A stretch of DNA of 64,000 nucleotides from Opitutales bacterium. Lineage in GTDB: Bacteria; Verrucomicrobiota; Verrucomicrobiia; Opitutales; Coraliomargaritaceae. The translations under genes and the position numbers were made by a program. The stretch covers positions 32,001 to 96,000 of the forward strand of contig JBMYNR010000001.1 of the NCBI GenBank assembly GCA_049598495.1. Direction: 5' to 3'. This document shows positions 32,001-40,558 of this stretch, piece by piece. Positions within the stretch are counted from its first letter, which is position 1. The number at the start of each line of letters is the position of its first letter. The notes beneath the pieces were generated by a model. It saw nothing but the letters and a program-made list of their open reading frames with translations, searched no databases and was not told the DNA's origin.

Positions 32001-32317
32001 ATTTTGTCGGCGATTTCGGTGGCGTCGTAGCCACGTTCCACTTCGACCCATACGGAGCCGTAGCCCTCGGCGGCCGTAGCGGCTATCTTTTTGATACCGC
32101 TAACATCCTGTATGCGGTCTTCGATCAGTTCCACGATTCCGCTCTCAACCTCTTCCGGTGCGGCGCCCGGGTAGGGTATGGAGACATTGACCATGTTCAA
32201 ATCGAGCTCGGGGAAAAGCTCCAGCTTGATCGATTTGGCCATAAAGAAGCCTGTCACGATGACAATGCCCGCGAGCAGATTGGCAGCCACGCCATTATTT
32301 GTGAACCAACGGATCAT
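29087..32317 (-). CDS. RND efflux transporter permease (AcrB family)
   Basis: 1076 aa. YPGAAPEEVE, GIVVDDAIIVGE, GVVVNDSLVLVD, RFRPIILTSLTT. Confidence 0.95.
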   Translation of the reverse strand: MIRWFTNNGVAANLLAGIVIVTGFFMAKSIKLELFPELDLNMVNVSIPYPGAAPEEVESGIVELIEDRIQDVSGIKKIAATAAEGYGSVWVEVERGYDATEIADKIKVRIDAIDNFPENAEEATVEELLIRNEVISMAIYGDVDAKTLKEVAEYIRDELNVRERITQVDIKGIANFEISINVSEISLRQYGLSFDQVVDAVRESSVDVPGGAIKSHGGEILLRTSGKQYTGEGFEKIPLMTDIDGTVIRIGDIATVDDGFVDDPLVTEFNGKRAVLLRIFAVGDESALDVAKRVQSFAQEINANLPEGIQVESFRDFTFYLKGRLRMLIENGAYGLLLVLLILTLFLRPSLAFFVMLGIPISFLGSLLFLPWLDISINLASLFGFILVLGIVVDDAIIVGESVFTQFQKHGGPGVAASVAGTKRVATPVTFAVLTTIVAFLPILTIPGFLGKFFYPIPVVVIATLIWSLIQSKLVLPYHLTLCKVGSGRRADQINWLQRQQRRIAEGLERFVERRYRPVLKLAIEFRYTTTAIFIAILLIMFGMLGGRHLPFVFFPPVPSDYIVAKLVMPEGTPVELTERAIEQMNAGLQKLTKEIEELGHGNPFQNAVITIGAQPFEGSGGPMGEALQNTGTNIAEIAVELTKREDLLAGGEIEAFSAPSLANRWRELIGPIAGVKELSFNANAAGAIGAPIDIQLSGRDFDQLRAAAEAIKAQLASYEGLFDIKDNYSSGKREIQLKIHPSAEPLGLRQADLGRQVRAAFQGIEAQRIQRGRDDIKVMVRYPPEERRSVENLETLRIRTRGGQEIPFEEVADFEITEGFSAITRVDRRRVINITADADKSVADLRLIKQELKGFTTPQGPIGGLMRTFGFEDQVSTIDMILEDKPGISWSFEGEAREQADIFASLGQMTLIALFIIYALLAVPLKSYIQPFIVMVVIPFGLIGAIGGHIIMGNPMSILSVLGFVALAGVVVNDSLVLVDFINQERTRGIPLREAIETSGAARFRPIILTSLTTFAGLLPVLFETSLQAQFLIPMAISLSFGVLFATLITLLLVPAFYEILEDVKDLAIRFWAKD

Positions 32318-32373
32318 TTAAGGATGTATAATTATGGATGAGAGATGGGCGATGGAGGATCCGTCATGAGTCA

Positions 32374-33507
32374 TCATTCATTCGGTATCAGATCGACGGG
32401 CATATTTTCGACGAAGTAGGCGATGGGGCTGACGGCGACGCGCTCTCCCGCCTCAATACCGCTGGAGATGATGACGGATTCGGTATCGCTTTTTAGAATC
32501 TCAACCTTGCGTGTGGTGAGGGTCTTCTCATCTGTAACTACGTAGACGGTGTTGGATCCGCGCAGGGCGAATCGTGGAAGTCTATAGACCTCGCTGACCG
32601 TGCGGCCTTCGATTTCGGCATCCATAAACTGGCCGCGGCGTAAAGTTTGCAAATGGGTCGCCGAAGGTTCAAAGGGGTTGTCGAGCGCGGCAACAACGTA
32701 GAGCAGTCGACTTTTGGGATTCACGGTCGCCTCGATGCGGGCAAAGCGGGCGGTCCACACGGGCGAATCGGGGGTGTTCGCCTTACGCAACTGTACAAAG
32801 CGTTGGCGACGGTCGCGTGTTTGGAGGAATTCGGCCTCGCGGGTGCTAATGGGTAGCCTTATCTCAGCTTGATCGGTAGCAAAGACCCGGGCGACAGGGT
32901 TACCCGGATTACCAATGACGAACTGTCCGAGGTCGACCATGGTTTCGAGGACTCGACCATCGTAGGGTGCGAGGATCTTGGTTCGGGCAAGGTCCCGCTC
33001 GGCTCGGTTAAGGGCGGCCTTGGCGGCGGCGATGCGCGCCTTAGCTTGGGCGAGTTGTGGCTTACGTAGGGTGAGATCACTGGCTTTTCCCTCGCCGAGG
33101 GCCGTCCAGTCGGCGGCAGCTTGCTCGGCCAGAGCGGTCTCTTGCGCAAGCGCGAGCTCAGCGTTAGCGAGTTCGGCTGCTTGGGCCGTGACCGCGGCAA
33201 AATAGTCGGCCGGATCTATTTCGAGGAGTCGATCGTTTTTGCGTATATAGCCACCTGCTTGGAAGGCATCGCTGACATGAATGATTCGGCCGCTTACCTC
33301 AGCAGAGAGATCAGACTCTGTGCGGGGGAGTAGAGTGCCTTGGCTCCGGACGGTGAGAGTGACGGTCTCCGGTTGTGCGGTAATGATCTCGACGCTGGTG
33401 ACGGGGCGCTCGGGCGTGACCTCGTTCGCATCCGGCTTAAAAACCAATAGGAGCACGAATAGAATCAAGGCGCCAAGCAGGATGACGAGAGGAAGGAGCT
33501 TTTTCAT
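32374..33507 (-). CDS. RND efflux periplasmic adaptor (MFP)
   Basis: N-terminal anchor, LSAEVSGRI, alanine-rich hairpin, ILAPYDG. Confidence 0.92.
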   Translation of the reverse strand: MKKLLPLVILLGALILFVLLLVFKPDANEVTPERPVTSVEIITAQPETVTLTVRSQGTLLPRTESDLSAEVSGRIIHVSDAFQAGGYIRKNDRLLEIDPADYFAAVTAQAAELANAELALAQETALAEQAAADWTALGEGKASDLTLRKPQLAQAKARIAAAKAALNRAERDLARTKILAPYDGRVLETMVDLGQFVIGNPGNPVARVFATDQAEIRLPISTREAEFLQTRDRRQRFVQLRKANTPDSPVWTARFARIEATVNPKSRLLYVVAALDNPFEPSATHLQTLRRGQFMDAEIEGRTVSEVYRLPRFALRGSNTVYVVTDEKTLTTRKVEILKSDTESVIISSGIEAGERVAVSPIAYFVENMPVDLIPNE

Positions 33508-34907
33508 TGTTCGGAATTAAATGGTCCGCCGAGGGCGAGGTAGAGATCCACACGGTTCTGCAGGATCAGGTGGTTAATGGAAACGAGGCGAGCGCTGGCC
33601 AGATCGGCGGTGCGCTGCGCATCGAGGGCACTGAGAAAGGTGCCTGTCCCGTTGCTGTAGCGATCCCAGGCGAGTTTCTCGCTGGCGACCGCTTCTTCGG
33701 CCGCCAGTGAGAGTTTGGCCTGCTCGCTGCGGAGAAAGGCCTCGGCGGCTAGGGAGCTTTCCACCTCGTAAAAGGCGCGCAGAGCGAGGTTCCGGTAGTT
33801 CGCTGCAGCTTGATCGCGGATCGCGGTGTTGCGGTCGATGTTGGCAAGAATACGGCCACCTTGAAAGATGGGTTGGGTTAGGTTGCCCGCAAGGCTCCAA
33901 ACGCTGAAGTCGCCGTCGAGCAGGTCGTCAAATGCTTGGGAGGAAGTACCCCCCGAGGCGGTTAGGCTGATGGAAGGGAGAAGAGCCTTTTTGGCGGCGC
34001 GGCGTTCACGCTTAGTGGATGCGAGTTGACGCTCGGCTGCGATCAGATCTGGGCGCCGCTGAAGCAAATCGGCGGGCAGACCGGCTGGAATGCGGACGGG
34101 TAGATCCGGCAGGCGTGCGCTCGAATTGGCGACGCCAGCCGGGTAGCGACCGAGGAGATTTTCGAGTTGACGGGCGGCGCGATCCAAAGCGCGTTGACGG
34201 GCCGTCGCGTCGGCTTCGGCGGATGTGGCTTGTGTGCGTATGCGGCGAAGATCGAAGCCTTCGCTGAGGCCGCGCTTGAAACGTGCCTCCAATGAGGCCT
34301 GATGGTCGAGGTAGGCTTGGGCGATGCGATTCGCGAGTTCGAACTGCTGACGGGCTTCGATCAGATTGAGCCAGGCCTTGGTTGTCTGAGCGGCCAGCGA
34401 GAGGGCAGCGGCATCGAGCTCGGCTTGGCTGGCCTCGACTCGCGCAAGCGCCGCCGAACTGCGGTCACGCAGGCGGCCCCAGAGGTCGATTTCCCAGCTA
34501 AGATTCAGTGCGAGATCGAAATTATCAAAATTTATGCCGCCTGTTGGAGTCGGCCCGAAAGTGCTAATCTGTTGGCGGTTGGCCTTCAGTCCGAGCCCAG
34601 CCTCGGGCAATTGGTCGGCTCCGGCGATTCGTGCCTCAGCCATGCTCTGAGCAAAGCGAGCAGCGGTGGCTTCGAGCCCCGGGTTATTCTCGAGCGCTTC
34701 CTTAACTAAGGCCTCCAGTTCGGGGGCGTTCAGATCAGTTAGCCAGGCAGTCGGTGCTTCGGTGGAGGCACGACTGGTCCACTGTTCCGGTGTGTCAATT
34801 GCCGGCGGCGTGCTTTGTTTGGGCGCAGTTGTGCATGCCCCGAGAAAGACTGCGCCAAAGGGGAGCAGGGCGCGTATGCGTCTCAGATATGTCGATCTTC
34901 GTTTCAT
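33504..34907 (-). CDS. Outer-membrane efflux lipoprotein (NodT/OprM family)
   Basis: Lipobox LGAC, SWEIDLWGR, LLQRRPDL, LYLALGG. Confidence 0.93.
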   Translation of the reverse strand: MKRRSTYLRRIRALLPFGAVFLGACTTAPKQSTPPAIDTPEQWTSRASTEAPTAWLTDLNAPELEALVKEALENNPGLEATAARFAQSMAEARIAGADQLPEAGLGLKANRQQISTFGPTPTGGINFDNFDLALNLSWEIDLWGRLRDRSSAALARVEASQAELDAAALSLAAQTTKAWLNLIEARQQFELANRIAQAYLDHQASLEARFKRGLSEGFDLRRIRTQATSAEADATARQRALDRAARQLENLLGRYPAGVANSSARLPDLPVRIPAGLPADLLQRRPDLIAAERQLASTKRERRAAKKALLPSISLTASGGTSSQAFDDLLDGDFSVWSLAGNLTQPIFQGGRILANIDRNTAIRDQAAANYRNLALRAFYEVESSLAAEAFLRSEQAKLSLAAEEAVASEKLAWDRYSNGTGTFLSALDAQRTADLASARLVSINHLILQNRVDLYLALGGPFNSEQ

Positions 34908-35560
34908 TGTTGTTTGAATCCCGCCACCACGTAGGCATTCAATTCAGAAAGTATTCTATCGAGATTGGAGCCGTCCAACTTACCGTCTGAAATGACTTTG
35001 AGCCTTACTTGCTCGATTACCGTGCCGAGCATGGTGCTGACCGAAAGAAAGAAACGGTATTGCAGGTCTTCCTGGGAGAGTTCCGGACAGCTTCGGTGAA
35101 TCTCAGCAATGAAACGCATCGAGAGTTCGGCAAAGAACTCTTTGTGCAAGTTCCGCATGAAGTCGGCCGGCTCAGTCAGCGCGCGACCGATCATCCTCGT
35201 CAGGGTGCTGTCTGTTACAGGTGCATCGCCGACACCGATAAACAGTGGACGGAAGAGTGCATCGAAAATGTCCTCGAGCGGAACGGGGCTGGGGTGGTGT
35301 TGCTCGATGGACGCATCGAGGAGACGCAAGCGCTCCTGGTTGATCGGTTCGAAGCGATGTCGGACGATTGCCCGCATGAGTCCTGATTTGGAGCCGAAGT
35401 GGTAGTTGACTGCAGCGAGGTTGACGCGGGCCTCCTTTGTGACTTCGCGCAGAGCCATCGCACGGTAGCCCCCACGGGCAAAAATCTTCTCCGCAGCCCG
35501 CATGATACGCCTGCGGGTTCTATCCGAGACGGAATGCTTGATTTCGAGCGATGACTTCAT
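34904..35560 (-). CDS. TetR-family transcriptional regulator
   Basis: HTH TRRRIMRAAEKIFA...LREVTKEARVNLAAVNYHFGSK. First gene of the efflux operon. Confidence 0.93.
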   Translation of the reverse strand: MKSSLEIKHSVSDRTRRRIMRAAEKIFARGGYRAMALREVTKEARVNLAAVNYHFGSKSGLMRAIVRHRFEPINQERLRLLDASIEQHHPSPVPLEDIFDALFRPLFIGVGDAPVTDSTLTRMIGRALTEPADFMRNLHKEFFAELSMRFIAEIHRSCPELSQEDLQYRFFLSVSTMLGTVIEQVRLKVISDGKLDGSNLDRILSELNAYVVAGFKQQ

Positions 35561-35562
35561 TT

Positions 35563-35580
35563 TTCAAACAATTGTTTAAA
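35563..35580 (-). promoter_or_regulatory. Probable TetR auto-operator
   Basis: Perfect palindrome AAACAATTGTTT (35566-35577), 5 nt upstream of the start codon. Confidence 0.6.
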
Positions 35581-35793
35581 TATAATCCGAGGTCAATCAA
35601 CTGAAGTAGAATTTGTGAGTGTCGGGCATTGAGCTTGAATGCCGTTTCGTCATGTGGGTTGCATTGGCCCGGGAGCGGCGTCGACTAGGTCGAGCCTTAG
35701 GAAGTATGCCGTGTCAAAAGCTCGAGCCCTAGGATTGAGATTTGTAGCGATTCCCTCCTTGTCAGCCATCCTGAGCAGGGCTTTGCTAGCACT

Positions 35794-36729
35794 ATGTCTG
35801 AAGATGTGAACATTCGCTGTGGTGTCGTCGGGACGGGGTATCTCGGCCAGCACCACGCACGCATTTATGCGGCTCTGGATTCCTGTGAGCTTGTTGGTAT
35901 TGTGGAGGCAGACGACGATCGGGCAAAGGAGATATGCGCGAAATATGGTTGTGAGCGTTTTGATACTGCGGAGGCACTGGCAGGCCAGTGTGATGCGGTG
36001 AGTGTGGTCGTGCCGACAGATCGACACTGCGATGTGGCGGTGCCGCTCCTGCTTGGGGGCTGTCATTTACTGATCGAAAAACCGCTTTGCACCAGCCTGG
36101 TTGAAGCGGAAGAAATTCTCTCGGCGGCCCGTTCTCGGGGGTGTATTGTTCAGGTTGGGCATATCGAGCATTACAATCCTGTTATGGGGTATCTTGAAAA
36201 TGCGGTCACGCAGCCACAGTTTATCACGGCAGATCGCTTGGCACCGTTTAATCCGCGTGGCACAGAGGTGGGTGTTGTGCTTGATTTGATGATCCACGAT
36301 CTCGGTGTGATCCTCGCACTGGTCCGTTCACCAGTGAAACAGCTTGATGCTGTCGGTGTGAATGTGCTTTCCAGTTCGGAGGATATCGCCAATGCCCGCA
36401 TTACCTTTGAGAACGGTTGTGTGGCCAATATCAACACGAGCCGTGTGAGTCAGAAGAAGGTACGCGAGATCCGTGTCTTCCAGCCGCAGAATTATCTTTC
36501 TATTAATTTCCAGGATCAGAGTGGGCATTTCCTGCGCAAAGAAGGTAGTGAGCTCGTGCGGGAGGAAATCCCGATTGAAAAAGAGGAACCCCTAAAGCTA
36601 GAGCTGGAGTCGTTCGTTCAGGTGGTGAGGGAAGCGGGTAAGCCCAAGGTGGGTGCCGAGCTTGGAAAAACGGCGCTGGAACTGGCGATTCAGATAACCG
36701 AACTCATTCATTCTGAGAATGGTTTATGA
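35794..36729 (+). CDS. Gfo/Idh/MocA oxidoreductase (GnnA-like)
   Basis: GVVGTGYLGQHH, EKP, VGHIEHYNP, VVLDLMIHD, DIANARI. Adjacent to lpxB. Confidence 0.88.
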   Translation: MSEDVNIRCGVVGTGYLGQHHARIYAALDSCELVGIVEADDDRAKEICAKYGCERFDTAEALAGQCDAVSVVVPTDRHCDVAVPLLLGGCHLLIEKPLCTSLVEAEEILSAARSRGCIVQVGHIEHYNPVMGYLENAVTQPQFITADRLAPFNPRGTEVGVVLDLMIHDLGVILALVRSPVKQLDAVGVNVLSSSEDIANARITFENGCVANINTSRVSQKKVREIRVFQPQNYLSINFQDQSGHFLRKEGSELVREEIPIEKEEPLKLELESFVQVVREAGKPKVGAELGKTALELAIQITELIHSENGL

Positions 36730-36747
36730 TTTGTCTTTTTGAAACGT

Positions 36748-36822
36748 GTAGGGGTGTCGCTTTCGGCGCCCGCCCAGCGAATCTTGGAATGCCTACTCGG
36801 GTGCCGCGAGCGGCGCCCCTAC
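36748..36822. repeat. GTAG-type REP doublet (GTAGGGG family), intergenic
   Basis: GTAGGGGTGTCGCTTTCGGCGCCCG ... CGGGTGCCGCGAGCGGCGCCCCTAC. Confidence 0.8.
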
Positions 36823-36828
36823 GTTATT

Positions 36829-38010
36829 ATGTCTGACTTACTTACAGAGGCGACGGAGTTCCCCGTCCCGATCGGAGGTTCTCCGGATTTATTGATGATC
36901 GCCGGGGAACACTCAGGTGATGAACATGCTGCGCAGCTGTTGGCGGATCTTCTTTGTGAGCAACCCGACTTGAAAGTGGCTTGTCTTGGGGGTGTGGAGC
37001 TGCAAGCCGCAGGCGCCCAACTGCTTTATGATCTGACTGCCGTCTCGATTGTCGGTTTTGTTGAAGTCGTTCGGCATTATAGCTTTTTCAAAGATCTCTT
37101 TGACCGAACCCTCGATTGGATTGAACGTCACCAGCCTAGGCATATATGTTTTGTCGATTATCCGGGCTTTAATCTACGTCTTGCAGATCATTTGACACGG
37201 CGCGGCTTGAGTAAGAAAGGTGGCGGCTCTATCGGGCTGAGTTATTATATTGGCCCGCAGGTTTGGGCGTGGAAGGCGAAACGTCGCTTCAAGATGGCGG
37301 AGTTCATCGACCGACTCGGGGTGATCTTTCCCTTTGAGTTGGATTGTTATGCGGATACCGATCTTCCGACGGAGTTTGTTGGGCATCCATTCGCGCGGAC
37401 GAGTTATATGCCTCCCTTCTTCTATGATGCGGAGGCGCCGGTTCTCCTCCTGCCGGGTAGCCGTTCGGCCGCGGTCGGGCGAATCTTTCCGCTCCTTTTG
37501 GAGGGCTTTAAGAAGGCTCGCGAGCAGTATCCGGCTCTTCGTGCTCAGGTGATTTATCCGAGTTCGAAGATTCTGCAGCTTTTAGAAACTCAGCTTTCGG
37601 ATCACTCCGAGTTGGTTGAGGCGATTGAATTTGTGCCGAACGCCAGTGAGTGCCTGCCTGCTAGTGCGGTCCTTATGAGCTCCGGCACCATGTCGCTGGC
37701 GTGCGCGCTCTCAGGCATACCCGGTGCCATTGCCTACCGCTTAAACCCCATGAGCTACTGGCTTGGGCGCTTGCTTGTTAATATCAAGTTTATCGGGATC
37801 GCCAACCTACTGCTCGATCGCGCGCTGCACCCGGAATACATTCAAGGTGCCGCGACGGGAGATAAGCTGGGCTCAGAACTCAAGCGTGCGCTCGGTGATG
37901 CCGAAGCGGCTGAGGTTGCGGCAAGCAGTTCAGTCGCACTCCGAGGTTTGCTCGGCTCGGGTTGTGACAGGTCGGCTGCTCACTGGCTGGCGGCGGGACT
38001 TGATATCTAA
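36829..38010 (+). CDS. lpxB: Lipid-A-disaccharide synthase
   Basis: [40 protein letters not shown]. Confidence 0.93.
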   Translation: MSDLLTEATEFPVPIGGSPDLLMIAGEHSGDEHAAQLLADLLCEQPDLKVACLGGVELQAAGAQLLYDLTAVSIVGFVEVVRHYSFFKDLFDRTLDWIERHQPRHICFVDYPGFNLRLADHLTRRGLSKKGGGSIGLSYYIGPQVWAWKAKRRFKMAEFIDRLGVIFPFELDCYADTDLPTEFVGHPFARTSYMPPFFYDAEAPVLLLPGSRSAAVGRIFPLLLEGFKKAREQYPALRAQVIYPSSKILQLLETQLSDHSELVEAIEFVPNASECLPASAVLMSSGTMSLACALSGIPGAIAYRLNPMSYWLGRLLVNIKFIGIANLLLDRALHPEYIQGAATGDKLGSELKRALGDAEAAEVAASSSVALRGLLGSGCDRSAAHWLAAGLDI

Positions 38011-38267
38011 GCACCGATTACGACGTCGGCATCCCCCCTCGGTTGGCAACAGCAGAGCAAGGCGTGACCCGTGTCTGGTTCGCCTGTGTGGCCGTTGGGA
38101 TATTCGACTTCGCCGGTGATGACGGGTTGCTGGCAGGCAGTGCAGTTACCCATTCGGCAACCATAGTCGAGGTCGAGGCCATTGGCCTCGGCGAGTTCGA
38201 GAATGCTCTCATCGTCTCCCGTCCATTCGAATGAGAGTCCTGCTTTCTGAAAAATTATCTTAGGCAT
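38007..38267 (-). CDS. 2Fe-2S ferredoxin
   Basis: [11 protein letters not shown]...LLCC plant-type cluster motif. ATG at 38267. Confidence 0.88.
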   Translation of the reverse strand: MPKIIFQKAGLSFEWTGDDESILELAEANGLDLDYGCRMGNCTACQQPVITGEVEYPNGHTGEPDTGHALLCCCQPRGDADVVIGA

Positions 38268-38379
38268 GGATGCTAGAGAAATGAATCCCGCTAAGAATGC
38301 AAATCGTGATTCGATATACCTGCCGTCTTTAGAAATTTGCACTTGTATCCTGTTGCTAGATGTTGATACCCCGAGGGAC

Positions 38380-38610
38380 ATGTCGAAGATCCGACAAATT
38401 GATTACTCCACGCCGAGAACGCTCATTTCTTACAACGGAAGGCGGACTGTTCGGATGACAGGGGAGGAGACGCGCTACAGATTCTCGGGTGTGCTGATCG
38501 CGGGCGAGGAGGATGCCTTTGCGAAAATCGGCGAAGAGCGCAAGGATTGGCAGAAAAGCGCCTTTCCTTTGCCCTGGACGGATTCGCCTGATGTGGTCGC
38601 GCCGGACTGA
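38380..38610 (+). CDS. Small hypothetical protein or gene fragment
   Basis: 76-aa ORF with GAGGGA just before the ATG. No recognised family. Confidence 0.3.
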   Translation: MSKIRQIDYSTPRTLISYNGRRTVRMTGEETRYRFSGVLIAGEEDAFAKIGEERKDWQKSAFPLPWTDSPDVVAPD

Positions 38611-38659
38611 TTGATCCTGTTTGCCTGCGCCAATCTGGCAGCGCTTGACTATATACGAT

Positions 38660-38800
38660 ATGGGGACGATCGTAGATATCCCGGACGAACTGGTGGCTTC
38701 ACTGGATCAAGTGCGCGAGGAAGGCTGTATGCTTGTGACCAGAAATACCCGGGATTTCGAGGTGGAATGGCCGGATGTGGGGGAACCCTATCGTTGTGAT
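38660..38800 (+). pseudogene. Collapsed RHH-antitoxin / PIN-toxin (vapBC-like) remnant
   Basis: MGTIVDIPDELVASLD (CopG/RHH-like start) joined in frame to LVTRNTRDF...EPY (PIN-domain C-terminus). Confidence 0.6.
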
Positions 38801-39008
38801 CGAAATGGTAGCGAGACGGGTCCCTTTTTTAGAAATTCCAATGCACTGGATGCGCATGATTTTCTCCCGCTCTGCGCTTGACAGGGGCTGGCCAAACAAC
38901 TTTTCTCTCCGCTTTTCTCAAATTCCGGCCCTCTGTGGCTCGCAACGCGCAACCTCCGCGTTCCCTAATTTCAGTTTTTCTTAATTTCAGCGTTTCAGCT
39001 TTTCTACT

Positions 39009-39284
39009 ATGGCACTTAAAATTCGTCTTCAACGTCACGGCGCAAGCCACCGTCCTTTCTACCGCATGGTTGTCACCGAAGCTCTCGCTCGTCGCGATGG
39101 CCGTTTCGTTGAGGTGCTCGGCACCTACGAACCTCAGGCCAAGCGCGCTGAGGACGAACTGAATCTCAAGCTCGACCGTGTAGACTACTGGAAGTCTGTA
39201 GGCGCGAAGCCCACGGACACTGCAGCCAGCCTTATCCGTAAGGCTCGCCGCGAAGCTCCGGTTGAAGCCAACGCTGAAGCGTAA
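39009..39284 (+). CDS. rpsP: 30S ribosomal protein S16
   Basis: KIRLQRHG, PFYRMVV, RDGRFVEVLG, GAKPTDT. Confidence 0.97.
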   Translation: MALKIRLQRHGASHRPFYRMVVTEALARRDGRFVEVLGTYEPQAKRAEDELNLKLDRVDYWKSVGAKPTDTAASLIRKARREAPVEANAEA

Positions 39285-39346
39285 AGAAATGTAGCCGCGC
39301 CACTCTGTTGGCGCGCCAAAGGGCAACGGGTAACGTTGCTACGGCG

Positions 39347-40033
39347 ATGCACCTCGAGTTCGATATTTTAACCCTCTTCCCGGAAATGGTGGAGGGTTTT
39401 TTTGAGTCCAGTATGCTCGCCCGTGGGCAGAAGAACGGCCTAATCGAGGTGCGAACCCATCAATTGCGCGACTGGAGCACAGATAAGCACCATAAGACCG
39501 ATGAACTGCCCTATGGGGGTGGCGCCGGCATGGTGATGAAGCCCGAGCCAATTTTTGCTGCCGTTGAGGAGATTCGGAAACCGAAAACCAAGATGCTCTA
39601 CATGGCCCCCGATGGCGTGCCGCTAACCAGTCGGTTGGCTCGCGAACTCGCAGGTGAGGAGCACTTGATCATCCTCAGCGGTCACTACGAGGGCGTGGAC
39701 CAGCGGGTACGTGACGAGCTGGTGGATCTCGAGGTGAGTGTTGGCGACTATGTTCTGACCAATGGAACCCTTGCTGCGGCTGTTTTGATCGATTGTGTGA
39801 GTCGTTTTATACCCGGTTTTTTAGGGGACGAAAAATCCTTGACGGAGGAATCTTTCATGAGCACTTTGCTCGGCTTTCCTCAATACACGCGTCCTGCCGA
39901 TTTTCGCGGAATGCGGGTTCCTGAGGTCCTCTTATCCGGTGATCATGCAGCCATTGCGAAATGGCGGCGCGAGCAACAGATAGAAAAAACACGGCTCCGG
40001 CGTCCCGACCTCGGATCTCAACATTTAGACTAA
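39347..40033 (+). CDS. trmD: tRNA (guanine-N1)-methyltransferase
   Basis: DILTLFPEM, PYGGGAGMVMKPEP, GHYEGVDQR, SVGDYVL, PQYTRP. ATG at 39347. Confidence 0.97.
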   Translation: MHLEFDILTLFPEMVEGFFESSMLARGQKNGLIEVRTHQLRDWSTDKHHKTDELPYGGGAGMVMKPEPIFAAVEEIRKPKTKMLYMAPDGVPLTSRLARELAGEEHLIILSGHYEGVDQRVRDELVDLEVSVGDYVLTNGTLAAAVLIDCVSRFIPGFLGDEKSLTEESFMSTLLGFPQYTRPADFRGMRVPEVLLSGDHAAIAKWRREQQIEKTRLRRPDLGSQHLD

Positions 40034-40063
40034 AACACTTTATACAACCAACGGAGAAATCCT

Positions 40064-40432
40064 ATGAGCCAAGCAATCCTCGAAGAAATTACTAAAGACC
40101 AACTCACCGAAGACCGTGCGGACTTTAAGGTAGGTGATGGCGTTCGCGTCCACCTCAAAGTTAAGGAAGGTGACAAGACTCGTATCCAGGTTTTTGCCGG
40201 GATCGTGATCGCTCGTAAGGGCGGCGGCATCCAAGAAACTTTCACTGTGCGCCGCATCGCATCCGGTGTTGGTGTCGAGAAAGTATTCCCCGTTCACAGT
40301 CCTACGATTGAGAAGATCGAGATCGATCGTGAGTCCATCACTATGCGTGCACGCATGTATTACATGCGCGATCGCATTGGTAAAGCGGCCAATCAAGTTA
40401 AGGAGAAGCGCCTCGTCGAAGCAGGGCGTTAA
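40064..40432 (+). CDS. rplS: 50S ribosomal protein L19
   Basis: [43 protein letters not shown]. Confidence 0.97.
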   Translation: MSQAILEEITKDQLTEDRADFKVGDGVRVHLKVKEGDKTRIQVFAGIVIARKGGGIQETFTVRRIASGVGVEKVFPVHSPTIEKIEIDRESITMRARMYYMRDRIGKAANQVKEKRLVEAGR

Positions 40433-40482
40433 ATACCTTAATTAACTCCGTTAACCTGGTTAACCTAGGCGTCATCGATTTG

Positions 40483-40517
40483 AAGAAAGCCGTCCCTGCC
40501 GGGGCGGCTTTTTTCTT
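40483..40517 (+). terminator. Intrinsic terminator after rplS
   Basis: AAAGCCGTCCC-TGCC-GGGGCGGCTTTTTT. Confidence 0.8.
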
Positions 40518-40558
40518 GTCTACGGCCAAGGCTTGGGCAAAGCTTCGATGCATATTCC

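Noticed and set aside
38380..38610. Remnant of a REP-associated tyrosine transposase
   Set aside because: No HUH or catalytic Tyr motif, and any resemblance is too weak to support.
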